Origin: Patescibacteria group bacterium
GTDB taxonomy: Bacteria; Patescibacteriota; Patescibacteriia; 2-12-FULL-57-11
Direction: 5' to 3'
Assembly (NCBI GenBank): GCA_004299275.1
Contig: SCSU01000061.1
Location: 1 to 58,579, forward strand
DNA length: 58,579 nt
This document shows positions 32,268 through 40,881 of the stretch, in pieces (position 1 is the first letter of the stretch; each line of letters opens with the position of its first letter). Position numbers and translations under genes: made by a program. The notes under the pieces were generated by a model. That model was not told the origin of the DNA. It saw nothing but the letters and a program-made list of their open reading frames with translations, and searched no databases.

Positions 32268-32339
32268 TTAATAGCTATAGTTTATAGCTATAGGTCTTTA
32301 AAAAATTTCTCGCTATTCACTATAGCTATATACTTTTTT

Positions 32340-33110
32340 GTGTACCACTATATCTACGACAACTTTCTTTCCGACAAGCGGCAGGCCAAGACGCTGGCGG
32401 AGCTCGAAAACCGGCTGACTGATTTGGGCATTCAGGGGCGGGTTGACCGCCTCCATCCTTTCAAAAGTCTGCGCGAGGCGATTGACGAGGGCCTCCGGCG
32501 CGGCACTAAGACTTTGGTTGCCGTCGGCAACGACGAAACTTTCAAAAAAATTTTGGATGTGGCGGCGGGCATGGGCGTGACTGTCGGTTATGTCCCGCTC
32601 GCGCCCGAGAGCGCCTTTGCCGAGCTTTTGGGCATCCCGCTCGGAGTCGCGGCTTGCGACATCCTCGCCGCCCGACTGACCGAAAAGCTTGATGTCGGCC
32701 GAGTCAACGGGCAATATTTTTTGGCCGCGGTTTCCTTTGACGCCAAAAACGTTAAGTTGGAATGCGAGGGGCGGTTTCGGCTGGAGCTCGTCGCCGGCGG
32801 ACGGGTTTCCATTATGAACATCGCGGCCGTGGAGCGGGACGCCCCGGAACACGTGGCCAATCCTTTTGACGGCCTGCTCGAAGCGGTGCTCGAGCCCGCG
32901 GCCGCCGGTCCTCGGCCGTTTCGCGGCCGGGCAGTGCCGAGCGTTTTACCGATTAAACGCGTGGTGGCGCGTTCGCCAGAGGCATTTTCGCTTTACTCCG
33001 ACGGCCGCGAGCTCAAGAGCCAGAACGCGGAGATTGATTTGGCCAAAGAAAAACTCAAGGTGATTATCGGCAAGTCGCGGCTGTTCGCGGCGATGGCCGG
33101 CGGCGGATAG
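32340..33110 (+). CDS. Diacylglycerol-kinase-like (YegS/DAGK catalytic domain) protein
   Basis: LVAVGNDET, GYVP, LDVGRVN..YF, DGLLE. Confidence 0.75.
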   Translation: MYHYIYDNFLSDKRQAKTLAELENRLTDLGIQGRVDRLHPFKSLREAIDEGLRRGTKTLVAVGNDETFKKILDVAAGMGVTVGYVPLAPESAFAELLGIPLGVAACDILAARLTEKLDVGRVNGQYFLAAVSFDAKNVKLECEGRFRLELVAGGRVSIMNIAAVERDAPEHVANPFDGLLEAVLEPAAAGPRPFRGRAVPSVLPIKRVVARSPEAFSLYSDGRELKSQNAEIDLAKEKLKVIIGKSRLFAAMAGGG

Positions 33111-33134
33111 CGCAGATGGCACGGGGTGTTATCA

Positions 33135-33172
33135 AGAGTGTTTACAACCTCCTATAGGAGGTTGTAAACACT
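33135..33172. repeat. Long near-perfect palindrome GAGTGTTTACAACCTCCTATAGGAGGTTGTAAACACTC
   Basis: Dyad read directly from the sequence. Confidence 0.8.
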
Positions 33173-33233
33173 CAAGATACGGGCGGTTGTGACCGCGTAA
33201 AAAAATATTTGGTAGACGCTTATTATTTGAGGT

Positions 33234-33881
33234 ATGTTGCCCAAATAAAAAGTCGCCATTAAGTGGTCCCCTAAATTCGCCTATGCCCTCGGTCTTCTGA
33301 CCTCGGATGGCAGCCTTTCTATTGATGGCAGACACGTAAATTTTACGTCAAAAGAATTGGAGTTAATTAAATTATTTCGAGCCTGTCTTTGTCTGGATAA
33401 CGCAATCGGCAGGAAGGTTCGTTCAAACGAGCGTGAAAAGAGGTACTACCAAGTACAATTCGGCGACGTAATTTTTTATCGATTTCTTCTTGATATCGGT
33501 CTTACTCCTAAAAAGTCCAAGACGATTGGTTCACTTAAAATTCCGGACGATTTTTTCTTTGACTTTCTGCGCGGATATTTTGACGGTGATGGGTCGGTAT
33601 TTTCCCATAAAGACCGTCGTTGGAAAAACAGTATTATGCACTACCTTGTTTTCATCTCGGCTAGTCGGAACCATCTTCAATGGATACAAGATACTAATCG
33701 ACGTTTGCTTTCAATCCGCGGAGCAATCAGCCAAGGTGGTAGAGGTGTTTTTCAGCTCCGTTACGCCAAACGCGAATCTCGTCTTCTTGCCAAACGATTG
33801 TATTACCATCTAGTATTACCATACGGGAAAAGAAAATTTAGAAAACTTCAAAAAATCATGGGCGAGTGGAGAAACTGGTAG
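33234..33881 (+). pseudogene. Double-motif LAGLIDADG homing endonuclease with in-frame TAA at codon 5, overlapping tRNA-Leu
   Basis: ATG TTG CCC AAA TAA AAA GTC..., then AYALGLLTSDGSL (motif 1) and DFLRGYFDGDGSV (motif 2) in the same frame; the stop codon lies inside the tRNA D arm. Confidence 0.8.
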
Positions 33882-33944
33882 ACTCGTATGCTTGAGGGGC
33901 ATATGCTGAAAAGCATGAGGGTTCGAATCCCTCCTCGCCCACCA
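33860..33944 (+). tRNA. tRNA-Leu(GAG)
   Basis: GGGCGAGTGGAGAAACTGGTAGACTCGTATGCTTGAGGGGCATATGCTGAAAAGCATGAGGGTTCGAATCCCTCCTCGCCCACCA; long variable arm. Confidence 0.95.
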
Positions 33945-34056
33945 GCCTTCGCCAAGGCTTCGGCTGGCAAGCCAGATGTAGCTCAAGCGACGGCTGGCAT
34001 GCCGGCAGGAAGGTTTGGCGAAGGCTGTCCTTCGTAGCTTGCAGAGCGAAGAAGGG
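33945..34056. repeat. REP-like hairpins (CCTTCGCCAAGGCTTCGGCTGGC..., CCTTCGTAGC...GCGAAGAAGG)
   Basis: Inverted GCCTTCGCCAA/TTGGCGAAGGC ends between the two tRNAs. Confidence 0.6.
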
Positions 34057-34093
34057 CAAAAGACGCTCCGACGAACGTCGGAGCGTCTTTAAT

Positions 34094-34170
34094 GGGCGGT
34101 TAGCTCAGCTGGTTAGAGCGTCTCGTTTACACCGAGAAGGTCGTAGGTTCGAATCCTACACCGCCCACCA
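34094..34170 (+). tRNA. tRNA-Val(TAC)
   Basis: GGGCGGTTAGCTCAGCTGGTTAGAGCGTCTCGTTTACACCGAGAAGGTCGTAGGTTCGAATCCTACACCGCCCACCA. Confidence 0.97.
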
Positions 34171-34257
34171 AAGCACCCCGACGCATGTCGGGGTGTTTTG
34201 TATCTTGACTAATTTTAAATTTCCTTTATATTTCTGTCGTCCCCTGAGGAGGAAACG

Positions 34258-34902
34258 ATGGATGCAGAACAGAGACGTGCAGCGCTTCTCGATTTCTTCG
34301 ACTCGCACTTGCTCGAGCCGAAGCCGGAGAGAGCGGCCGCGCTCCTCGAGCCATTTGTCCGGATGATTGAGGACGGCCGTTACTATCTCTCGGCGCGGAG
34401 CAAATTCCGCGCCAGCCAGGTGACGGCGATTCTCGCGCTCGCGACGGACGGAGCAATCCAAAAGGGCGAGCTGGTCTCGTTGTCCGCGCCGCCGCTCCGC
34501 GAGGGCTGGATGACTGAGGAGGCCGCGGCCAAGTCCTTTGGCGTCGCGCTGGCGGTGAGCACTTGTTCTTTGGAACTGCCGCGGCTTGCGCTGGAGCCGC
34601 CGCGCGGAGGAGGGGAGCTCCCGCTCGAGGACGAGGTCACTGACTTTCTCGAGGCGACGCTCTGGAAGGACCTGCGCCCGTGTCTCGTAAACACCCTCTG
34701 CGCGGAGCTCGGGGAACACCAGCGGCTCAGCCGCTGGGTCAGCGACACCTGGGACGCGCTATTCCTCGTTCTGCTCGCCGCGCGGCAAAACCGCACCGAT
34801 GTTTTCCTGCGGCTTAAACCCCTGATCGAGCTCCTCTCCCACGCCATCCTCGCCGGCCGCAAACGCGACGATTCCTCGACAGCGATACTCTTTGTCGCCT
34901 GA
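34258..34902 (+). CDS. Orphan hypothetical protein
   Basis: 214-aa ORF with strong SD (GAGGAGG), followed by a hairpin plus T-run. Confidence 0.7.
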   Translation: MDAEQRRAALLDFFDSHLLEPKPERAAALLEPFVRMIEDGRYYLSARSKFRASQVTAILALATDGAIQKGELVSLSAPPLREGWMTEEAAAKSFGVALAVSTCSLELPRLALEPPRGGGELPLEDEVTDFLEATLWKDLRPCLVNTLCAELGEHQRLSRWVSDTWDALFLVLLAARQNRTDVFLRLKPLIELLSHAILAGRKRDDSSTAILFVA

Positions 34903-34967
34903 CCCCCCGCCGTAGCCGAGGGGGCTTTTTTATGTTATACTTCCGGCATAACAATAAATGATGATAT

Positions 34968-35345
34968 ATGCCTGCTTCCAAAACGATATTAGTCGTGGAA
35001 GATGAGCTGTCGGTCAGCAAGGTTTTAAAAGATAAATTATCGCGGGCGGGGTTCCGGATGCTCACGGCCGCGAACGGCGCCGAGGGTTTGCGTTCGGCCC
35101 TGCGCCACCATCCCGATTTGATATTGCTGGACATCATTATGCCGGTCATGGACGGGATGACCATGCTTAAAAAATTGCGTCAGGACAAATGGGGAAAAAA
35201 AGCCGAGATTATCATACTGACCAACTTAAGCGACACCAAAGACGTGGCCGATGCCCTGCGCGCCGGCGCGTATGACTATTTAGTCAAAGCCAATTGGAGT
35301 TTGGAGAGTTTGGTGCGGCGGGTAAAGGACAGATTAGGGGTGTGA
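34968..35345 (+). CDS. Single-domain response regulator (receiver)
   Basis: ILVVEDE, PDLILLDIIMPVMDG, IILTN, GAYDYLVK. Confidence 0.95.
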   Translation: MPASKTILVVEDELSVSKVLKDKLSRAGFRMLTAANGAEGLRSALRHHPDLILLDIIMPVMDGMTMLKKLRQDKWGKKAEIIILTNLSDTKDVADALRAGAYDYLVKANWSLESLVRRVKDRLGV

Positions 35346-35357
35346 TATAATTACGGC

Positions 35358-35594
35358 ATGCAATATTTTGTCGGCATCCTGTTTATCGCTCTCGGGGTGC
35401 TCTTAGTGCTCAAGACCGAATTTTTTTACGGCCTTGTCGGCGCCATGGAATGGCCGGAGAAGCACATCGGCCCGGGCGGAACAAGAATTTTTTTAAAAAT
35501 TGTCGGGTTAGTTCTGGTTTTTGCCGCCTTTCTTTTAATGAGCGGAACTCTGGCCGACGTCGGCCGAGTAGTGCTGACGCCTACAGTCCGCTGA
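35358..35594 (+). CDS. Small membrane protein
   Basis: Two TM helices around W.EK..G.GGTR. Confidence 0.75.
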   Translation: MQYFVGILFIALGVLLVLKTEFFYGLVGAMEWPEKHIGPGGTRIFLKIVGLVLVFAAFLLMSGTLADVGRVVLTPTVR

Positions 35595-35668
35595 TTTTAC
35601 GACGCTGATAACGCTGATAGCATTTGCGACAATAATCAGCGGACTACTCACGACTCACTACTTCACCT

Positions 35669-36208
35669 ATGCCCTACCTTCCCTCCGGCACCGAATTGCT
35701 GAACCCCTTCCAGATATTAGAACGCGCGGGGGTTAAAGAGGGGATGCGCGTCGCCGACCTCGGTTCGGGCGCTATCGGCCATTTTGTTTTTCCGGCCGGC
35801 CGGATGGTCGGCAAAAACGGCGCGGTTTACGCCGTGGATATTTTGAAGTCCGCGCTCGCCGGGGTTGAGTCGCGGGCCAAGATTGAGGGCGCGGCTAATG
35901 TGCAGACAGTTTGGGCGGACATCGAAGTCGTTGGCGCGACAAATATCCCCGCTGGAACGCTCGACATCGTGCTCCTCATCAACAATCTCCCCAAGCAATC
36001 TATGGTGGCGGAAGCGGTTCGGCTTTTAAAACCCGGCGGCAAACTGCTGGTGGTTGACTGGAGTCCGACCGCCTCGCCGTTCGGTCCGCCGTCTAAAGAC
36101 CGGGTGGACAAAGAGACGGCCAAACGGCTCGCCGCCGAGCAAAAATTGCGGCTGAAAGATGAATTTCAAGCCGGCCGCTACCATTACGGGCTGGTGTTCG
36201 AAAAATAG
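35669..36208 (+). CDS. Class I SAM-dependent methyltransferase
   Basis: VADLGSG, VYAVDI, LKPGG.LLVVDW, GPP, HYGL. Confidence 0.9.
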   Translation: MPYLPSGTELLNPFQILERAGVKEGMRVADLGSGAIGHFVFPAGRMVGKNGAVYAVDILKSALAGVESRAKIEGAANVQTVWADIEVVGATNIPAGTLDIVLLINNLPKQSMVAEAVRLLKPGGKLLVVDWSPTASPFGPPSKDRVDKETAKRLAAEQKLRLKDEFQAGRYHYGLVFEK

Positions 36209-36291
36209 CTCCGGCTATCGTAAGACCGCTCCGATACAATGTCGGTGCGGTCTTGTATTATGTTGATGATTTGCTATTATCGTTCGCGAAT

Positions 36292-36711
36292 ATGATTGAC
36301 TGGCGTTTGCTTTTTTCGCCGCGGTTTTGGTTTGCGATTGGCTGGAATCCTCTCCAACCGCGGACGGGATTTATTATGGCCGCGGTTTTCGGTTTGTTTT
36401 TGGTCGCCGGCGCGACACTTTGGTTCTTCGCGAGCCGCCGCGACAGGTTTGACCCGCCGCTTCGCCGCGCGCTTAAACGTTTCGGCCACGTTTTTTTCAC
36501 CGTCGGCCTGCTCGGATTATTCTTCACCCTTACCGCCTACGAACAGGCCGGAGTTTTTGCCGCGCGTTTTTGGTTTTTGCTTCTGCTTTTGATTTTTGCG
36601 GTATGGCTCGGCTCCGAGGCCTGGCGGGCGCATATTCTGATTCCGGCGGAGCGCGAAGCGGCTTCCATCAAAGAACGTTTGAAAAAATATTTCGGGAAAA
36701 AACGGCAGTAG
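36292..36711 (+). CDS. Hypothetical membrane protein
   Basis: Three TM helices and a basic C-terminus. Confidence 0.75.
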   Translation: MIDWRLLFSPRFWFAIGWNPLQPRTGFIMAAVFGLFLVAGATLWFFASRRDRFDPPLRRALKRFGHVFFTVGLLGLFFTLTAYEQAGVFAARFWFLLLLLIFAVWLGSEAWRAHILIPAEREAASIKERLKKYFGKKRQ

Positions 36712-36718
36712 GATTATT

Positions 36719-37084
36719 ATGGACGGCCGAAAGAATCTGGGCAATTTCGGCGAGCGGCTGGCCGTCACAGCGCTTTTGCGTCAGGGTTATAAAATTCGCG
36801 GCCGGCAGGTGCGCACTCCCTTTGGCGAGATTGACATCATTGCCGAGGCGCCCGACCACCTTATTTTTGTGGAGGTAAAAACGCGGCGAACCGCGGAGTT
36901 CGGCGCGCCCGAAGAGGCAATTACCGAAAAAAAGCGCGAACATCTGGCGAACGCCGTGGAGTCCTACCGGCTGGCCGAAGGCCTCTTGGATAGACCGTTC
37001 CGCGTGGACGCTATTGCCATTTTTTTGGACGAGGCCAAGCGCAAGGCGACCGTTAGACACATTAAAAATATTCTGGAGGACTAA
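36719..37084 (+). CDS. yraN: YraN family (UPF0102) endonuclease-like protein
   Basis: LG..GE..A...L...GY, GEIDIIA, FVEVKTR, R.D.I.I. Confidence 0.93.
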   Translation: MDGRKNLGNFGERLAVTALLRQGYKIRGRQVRTPFGEIDIIAEAPDHLIFVEVKTRRTAEFGAPEEAITEKKREHLANAVESYRLAEGLLDRPFRVDAIAIFLDEAKRKATVRHIKNILED

Positions 37085-37291
37085 AGTCCATTCTCCCTTT
37101 GCTAAAGGGAGTCCCCACAGGGGGAGGGATTTAGATTGGAGGGCATCGGGGATAGGGTATAGTGTTTGACAGTCCGTCGGGTGTTTGATATCTTACTCAT
37201 TGCTAGGACGAGCTATTGAGTAGGCTCGTCCATTTTTCTACTCGTTCTCTAATTTCTACTCACGACTCACTATTCCCGACTCACTACTTTT

Positions 37292-38599
37292 ATGGCTTCC
37301 CCCATTGTTCAGGCAATGAAGCAAATCTGCGACGAGAAAGGCATCCCTTACGAGGCGGTGCTTGATACCGTTTCGGCCGCGCTTGCCGCCGCTTATCGCA
37401 AGGATTTCGGCGAAAAGAATCAAAACGTCAAAGTGGAGTTTGACCCGGAGACGGGCGGCTCCCGCGTTTTTGACGTGAAGACGGTCGTTTCCGACGAATT
37501 CGTGGCCGAGGCCGTTAAAGAAATGGAGGCGTTTGAAGCGGCGCGCACCGCGGGCAAAGAGGTCAGCGCGGAAAAAATAAAAGAAGGCCGCGTGGAGCAG
37601 GCTATTGCCGTCGCCAAGCCCGGGGAGCTCGTCGCCGCCGGCGAGCCGGTGGAAGAGGTCAAGTACAATCCCAAACTGCATCTCTCGTTTTCCGAAGCGC
37701 AAAAAATCAAACCGGACGCGCAGATCGGCGAGGAACTCCGGATTGAGTTGCCTCTGCCGGGCGCTTTCGGCCGCATGGCCGCCCAGACCGCCAAACAAGT
37801 CATCACCCAGCGCCTGCGCGAGGCCGAGCGCACCCGCGTCTTTGAGGAATTCAAGGGCAAGGAAGGGGAGCTCCTGACCGGCATGGTCCAGCGGCGCGAG
37901 GGCAAGATGATTTTGGTGGATTTGGGGCGGGTAACCGGAGTCATGTCGCCGACCGACCAGATGCCGAGCGAACCCTACAACTCCGGCGACCGCGTGCGGG
38001 TTTTCGTCTATTCGGTCCAGATGGGGCCGAAGGGGCCGGAGATACTTATCTCACGGACGCATCCAGACATGATTCGCCGGCTTTTTGCCTTGGAGATTCC
38101 GGAGGTCGCTTCCGGCGTGGTGCAGATCCACTCCATCGCCCGCGACCCGGGCTCCCGGGCCAAAGTGGCGGTTTCCTCCACACAGGAAAATGTAGACCCG
38201 ATCGGTTCCTGCATCGGCCAGCGCGGCAGTCGCATCCAGACGGTCATCTCGGAACTGGGCGGGGAGAAGATAGACATTATTGAGTGGAAAGATGACCCCG
38301 AGCGCTTCATCATCAATTCGCTCTCCCCGGCCAAGTCAATCAAAGTTGCCTTGGACCGCGAGACTAAAGTTGCCACCGCGAGCATCGCGCCGGAACAGCT
38401 TTCTTTGGCCATTGGCCGCGGCGGGCAGAACGTGCGCTTGGCGGCAAAATTGACCGGCTGGAAGATCAACATCGTCGAGGCTGGCGGCGACAAAATCGAG
38501 TCAACCAGCGAAACGGCGGCGGGGGACGCGGAACCGCCAGCACCCAAGGAAGCAGAAGCCGCCGAAGAGAAAAATGATAAGGGTGCAGTTGCGGGTTAA
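37292..38599 (+). CDS. nusA: Transcription termination/antitermination factor NusA
   Basis: FGRMAAQTAKQVI, S1 and KH domains, IARDPGSRAK, CIGQRG, AIGRGGQNVRLA. Confidence 0.98.
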   Translation: MASPIVQAMKQICDEKGIPYEAVLDTVSAALAAAYRKDFGEKNQNVKVEFDPETGGSRVFDVKTVVSDEFVAEAVKEMEAFEAARTAGKEVSAEKIKEGRVEQAIAVAKPGELVAAGEPVEEVKYNPKLHLSFSEAQKIKPDAQIGEELRIELPLPGAFGRMAAQTAKQVITQRLREAERTRVFEEFKGKEGELLTGMVQRREGKMILVDLGRVTGVMSPTDQMPSEPYNSGDRVRVFVYSVQMGPKGPEILISRTHPDMIRRLFALEIPEVASGVVQIHSIARDPGSRAKVAVSSTQENVDPIGSCIGQRGSRIQTVISELGGEKIDIIEWKDDPERFIINSLSPAKSIKVALDRETKVATASIAPEQLSLAIGRGGQNVRLAAKLTGWKINIVEAGGDKIESTSETAAGDAEPPAPKEAEAAEEKNDKGAVAG

Positions 38600-38614
38600 C
38601 GCGCCAACGATTTT

Positions 38615-39352
38615 ATGGAAATTCTAAAAGCCGTCTTTTACACTCCGATTTTTAACTTGCTGGTTTTTCTCTACAACGCCATCCCCGGCCACGACGTCGG
38701 CGTGGCCATCGTGCTCGTGACCGTGATTCTGCGCTTGCTCACCCTGCCGCTCAACACCTGGAGCATCAAATCGCAAAAAGCGCTCCAGGACCTCCAGCCC
38801 AAACTCAAAGCGATTCAAGAACAATTCAAAGGCGATAAAGAAAAACAGGCGCGGGAGACGATGGCGCTCTACTCGGCCGAAAAGGTGAACCCCTTTTCTT
38901 CCTGTCTGCCGCTTTTGATTCAGCTGCCGTTCCTGATTGCGCTTTATCAAGTGCTCCAGAATGTGCTTTCCTCCCGGGGTTTTGAAGTGCTCTACCCTTT
39001 TGTCGGGAACCCCGGCGTCATCAGTCCGGTCTCTCTCGGTTTAATCAACTTGAGTTCTCCTTCGTGGACCTTGGCCCTGATTGCCGGCGTCTCCCAATTT
39101 TTCCAGGCAAAGATGATGACGGTCTCGAGGCCGCCTCAGCCGCCCGCGCCGGGCGCCAAAGACGAGGACACGCTCGCGCTCATGAACAAGCAGATGATTT
39201 ACATGATGCCGATTATGACCGTGGTGATTGCATGGAGTCTGCCGGCGGGCCTGGCGCTTTACTGGATAGTGATGAATGCCTTGGCCATCGCCCAGCAGTG
39301 GTGGGTTTTTAAAAAGAAAACAGTCCCCGAAAAGAACACAGTACCCGCCTGA
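38615..39352 (+). CDS. yidC: YidC/Oxa1 membrane protein insertase
   Basis: LQPK, NPFSSCLPLLIQLP, PAGLALYW. Confidence 0.95.
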   Translation: MEILKAVFYTPIFNLLVFLYNAIPGHDVGVAIVLVTVILRLLTLPLNTWSIKSQKALQDLQPKLKAIQEQFKGDKEKQARETMALYSAEKVNPFSSCLPLLIQLPFLIALYQVLQNVLSSRGFEVLYPFVGNPGVISPVSLGLINLSSPSWTLALIAGVSQFFQAKMMTVSRPPQPPAPGAKDEDTLALMNKQMIYMMPIMTVVIAWSLPAGLALYWIVMNALAIAQQWWVFKKKTVPEKNTVPA

Positions 39353-39398
39353 TTCGCTTTGATTCGCGTGAAGATTAGTTTTGATTAGTTATTTATGT

Positions 39399-39701
39399 AT
39401 GCGCATTGATTCCCGCGACTTGGTGGGCTTGCCGGTTTTAACTGAGTCGCGGCGGCGTCTCGGCAAAGTCCTCTCGTTTGAAATTGACGTTGACTCGCAG
39501 GCGGTCACGCTCTATCACGTCGGCGCGCGCCATTGGCCCGGCGCCGCACGCTACTTAATTTCGCCGCGGCAAGTGGCCTCCGTCACCGCCGAGGAGATGG
39601 TTGTTTTTGACGCGGCGGTTCGCGAGCGCGAGGCCGAAGCGCGCGCCATCGCCGCGCCGGCCGCCACTATCTCGCCAGTGGCAAGCAGTCAAAGGGATTA
39701 G
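39399..39701 (+). CDS. PRC-barrel domain protein
   Basis: LVGLPV.T..G..LGKV..FEID pattern. Confidence 0.75.
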   Translation: MRIDSRDLVGLPVLTESRRRLGKVLSFEIDVDSQAVTLYHVGARHWPGAARYLISPRQVASVTAEEMVVFDAAVREREAEARAIAAPAATISPVASSQRD

Positions 39702-39703
39702 AG

Positions 39704-39834
39704 AAGACCGTTGCAAAACTCGCGATTTTGCCTTTCACGGGCGCCTGTCGACCCCGCTCTCCCTACGTTTTAGTAGGGTTCGCGGGGCTCGTGAACCCGT
39801 TCAAGGCAACCTCATCAAGTTTTGCAAAGGTCTC
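39704..39834. mobile_element. MITE (~131 bp) with AGACC(G/T)TTGCAAAAC terminal inverted repeats
   Basis: AAGACCGTTGCAAAACT ... AGTTTTGCAAAGGTCTC; internally self-complementary; too short for a transposase. Confidence 0.7.
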
Positions 39835-39906
39835 TTAGAGTGAGGTTGGTGTCTGGAATTTTGTGTTTGGATTTCGGATTTCGGAATTTGGGATTTTTAT
39901 TTTGTT

Positions 39907-40842
39907 ATGTTGCCGCTCCCTCGCGCGATAATCCGGACCCTCTGTTTTGCCGATGTGCTGGACATGGCTCTGACCCCGGCGGAGTTGCACCGGACCCTGG
40001 GCATTGACCTCGGTGCGAGCGCGGCGCTCGCTGAGGTTTACTTTGCGTTCTGGGGTGACCGCGAGCTCCGTGAAAAAATTGTTTTCAAAAACGGTTTCGT
40101 GGCGCTCGCCGGCCGCGAGGAGCTCATCGCCGAACGGCTGCTCCGGCTCGCGATTGCCGAGGAAAAGTGGAGCGCGGCGCAAAGAGCTCTCCGGCGTCTC
40201 CGCCACCTGCCGTGGCTCAGGCTCGCCGCGGTCTGCAACACCGTGGCCATGGGTCTGCCGCGCGCCGAGAGCGACATTGATATTTTTTTGGCCGCCGCCC
40301 CCGGGCGGCTGTGGGCGCTCCGTCTCCTCTCCCACCTGGCTCTGGCGTTAGGTTCGCTCGCCCGCCGCGGCGGGCAAACCAGAAACCGGATTTGCCTTAG
40401 TTTTTCCGTAACCCGGGGCGCCTTTGACCTCTCACGCGTGGCTAAGCAACCGGCCGACCCCTATCTCACTTTTTGGCTGTCCTCAATCGTGCCGGCGCTG
40501 GACTGCCGCGGCACCTACGAGGAGCTCCTCGCGGCCAATCGCTGGTCAGCGGAGCTTTTGCCGAATTGCTCAGCGCGCGCCCTGGCCCCGTTTTATGCCG
40601 TCCAGAATTCCCGCCTCGCCGTTTTTTTGGAATTTATTTTTTCCGGGAGAATCGGGAGGAATCTGGAGATTTTTGCCCGCCGGCTGCAGCGCCAGAGAAT
40701 TCTGGCCAATCCGGAGAGTCGCGTGCATGAGGCGGGCACCGATGTAGTGGTGACCGACGAGATGCTTAAGTTCCACGAGCAGGACCGGCGCGCCGAGATC
40801 CGCGACGCCTTTCTCCTGCGCGCGGTGCATTACGGAGTATAG
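39907..40842 (+). CDS. Hypothetical protein with nucleotidyltransferase-like motif
   Basis: AVCNTVA...ESDIDIF...GRLW..R, R.CL.F. Confidence 0.7.
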   Translation: MLPLPRAIIRTLCFADVLDMALTPAELHRTLGIDLGASAALAEVYFAFWGDRELREKIVFKNGFVALAGREELIAERLLRLAIAEEKWSAAQRALRRLRHLPWLRLAAVCNTVAMGLPRAESDIDIFLAAAPGRLWALRLLSHLALALGSLARRGGQTRNRICLSFSVTRGAFDLSRVAKQPADPYLTFWLSSIVPALDCRGTYEELLAANRWSAELLPNCSARALAPFYAVQNSRLAVFLEFIFSGRIGRNLEIFARRLQRQRILANPESRVHEAGTDVVVTDEMLKFHEQDRRAEIRDAFLLRAVHYGV

Positions 40843-40881
40843 AAGTAGTTAGTACGTAGAACACAGAACATAGAAAGTGTT

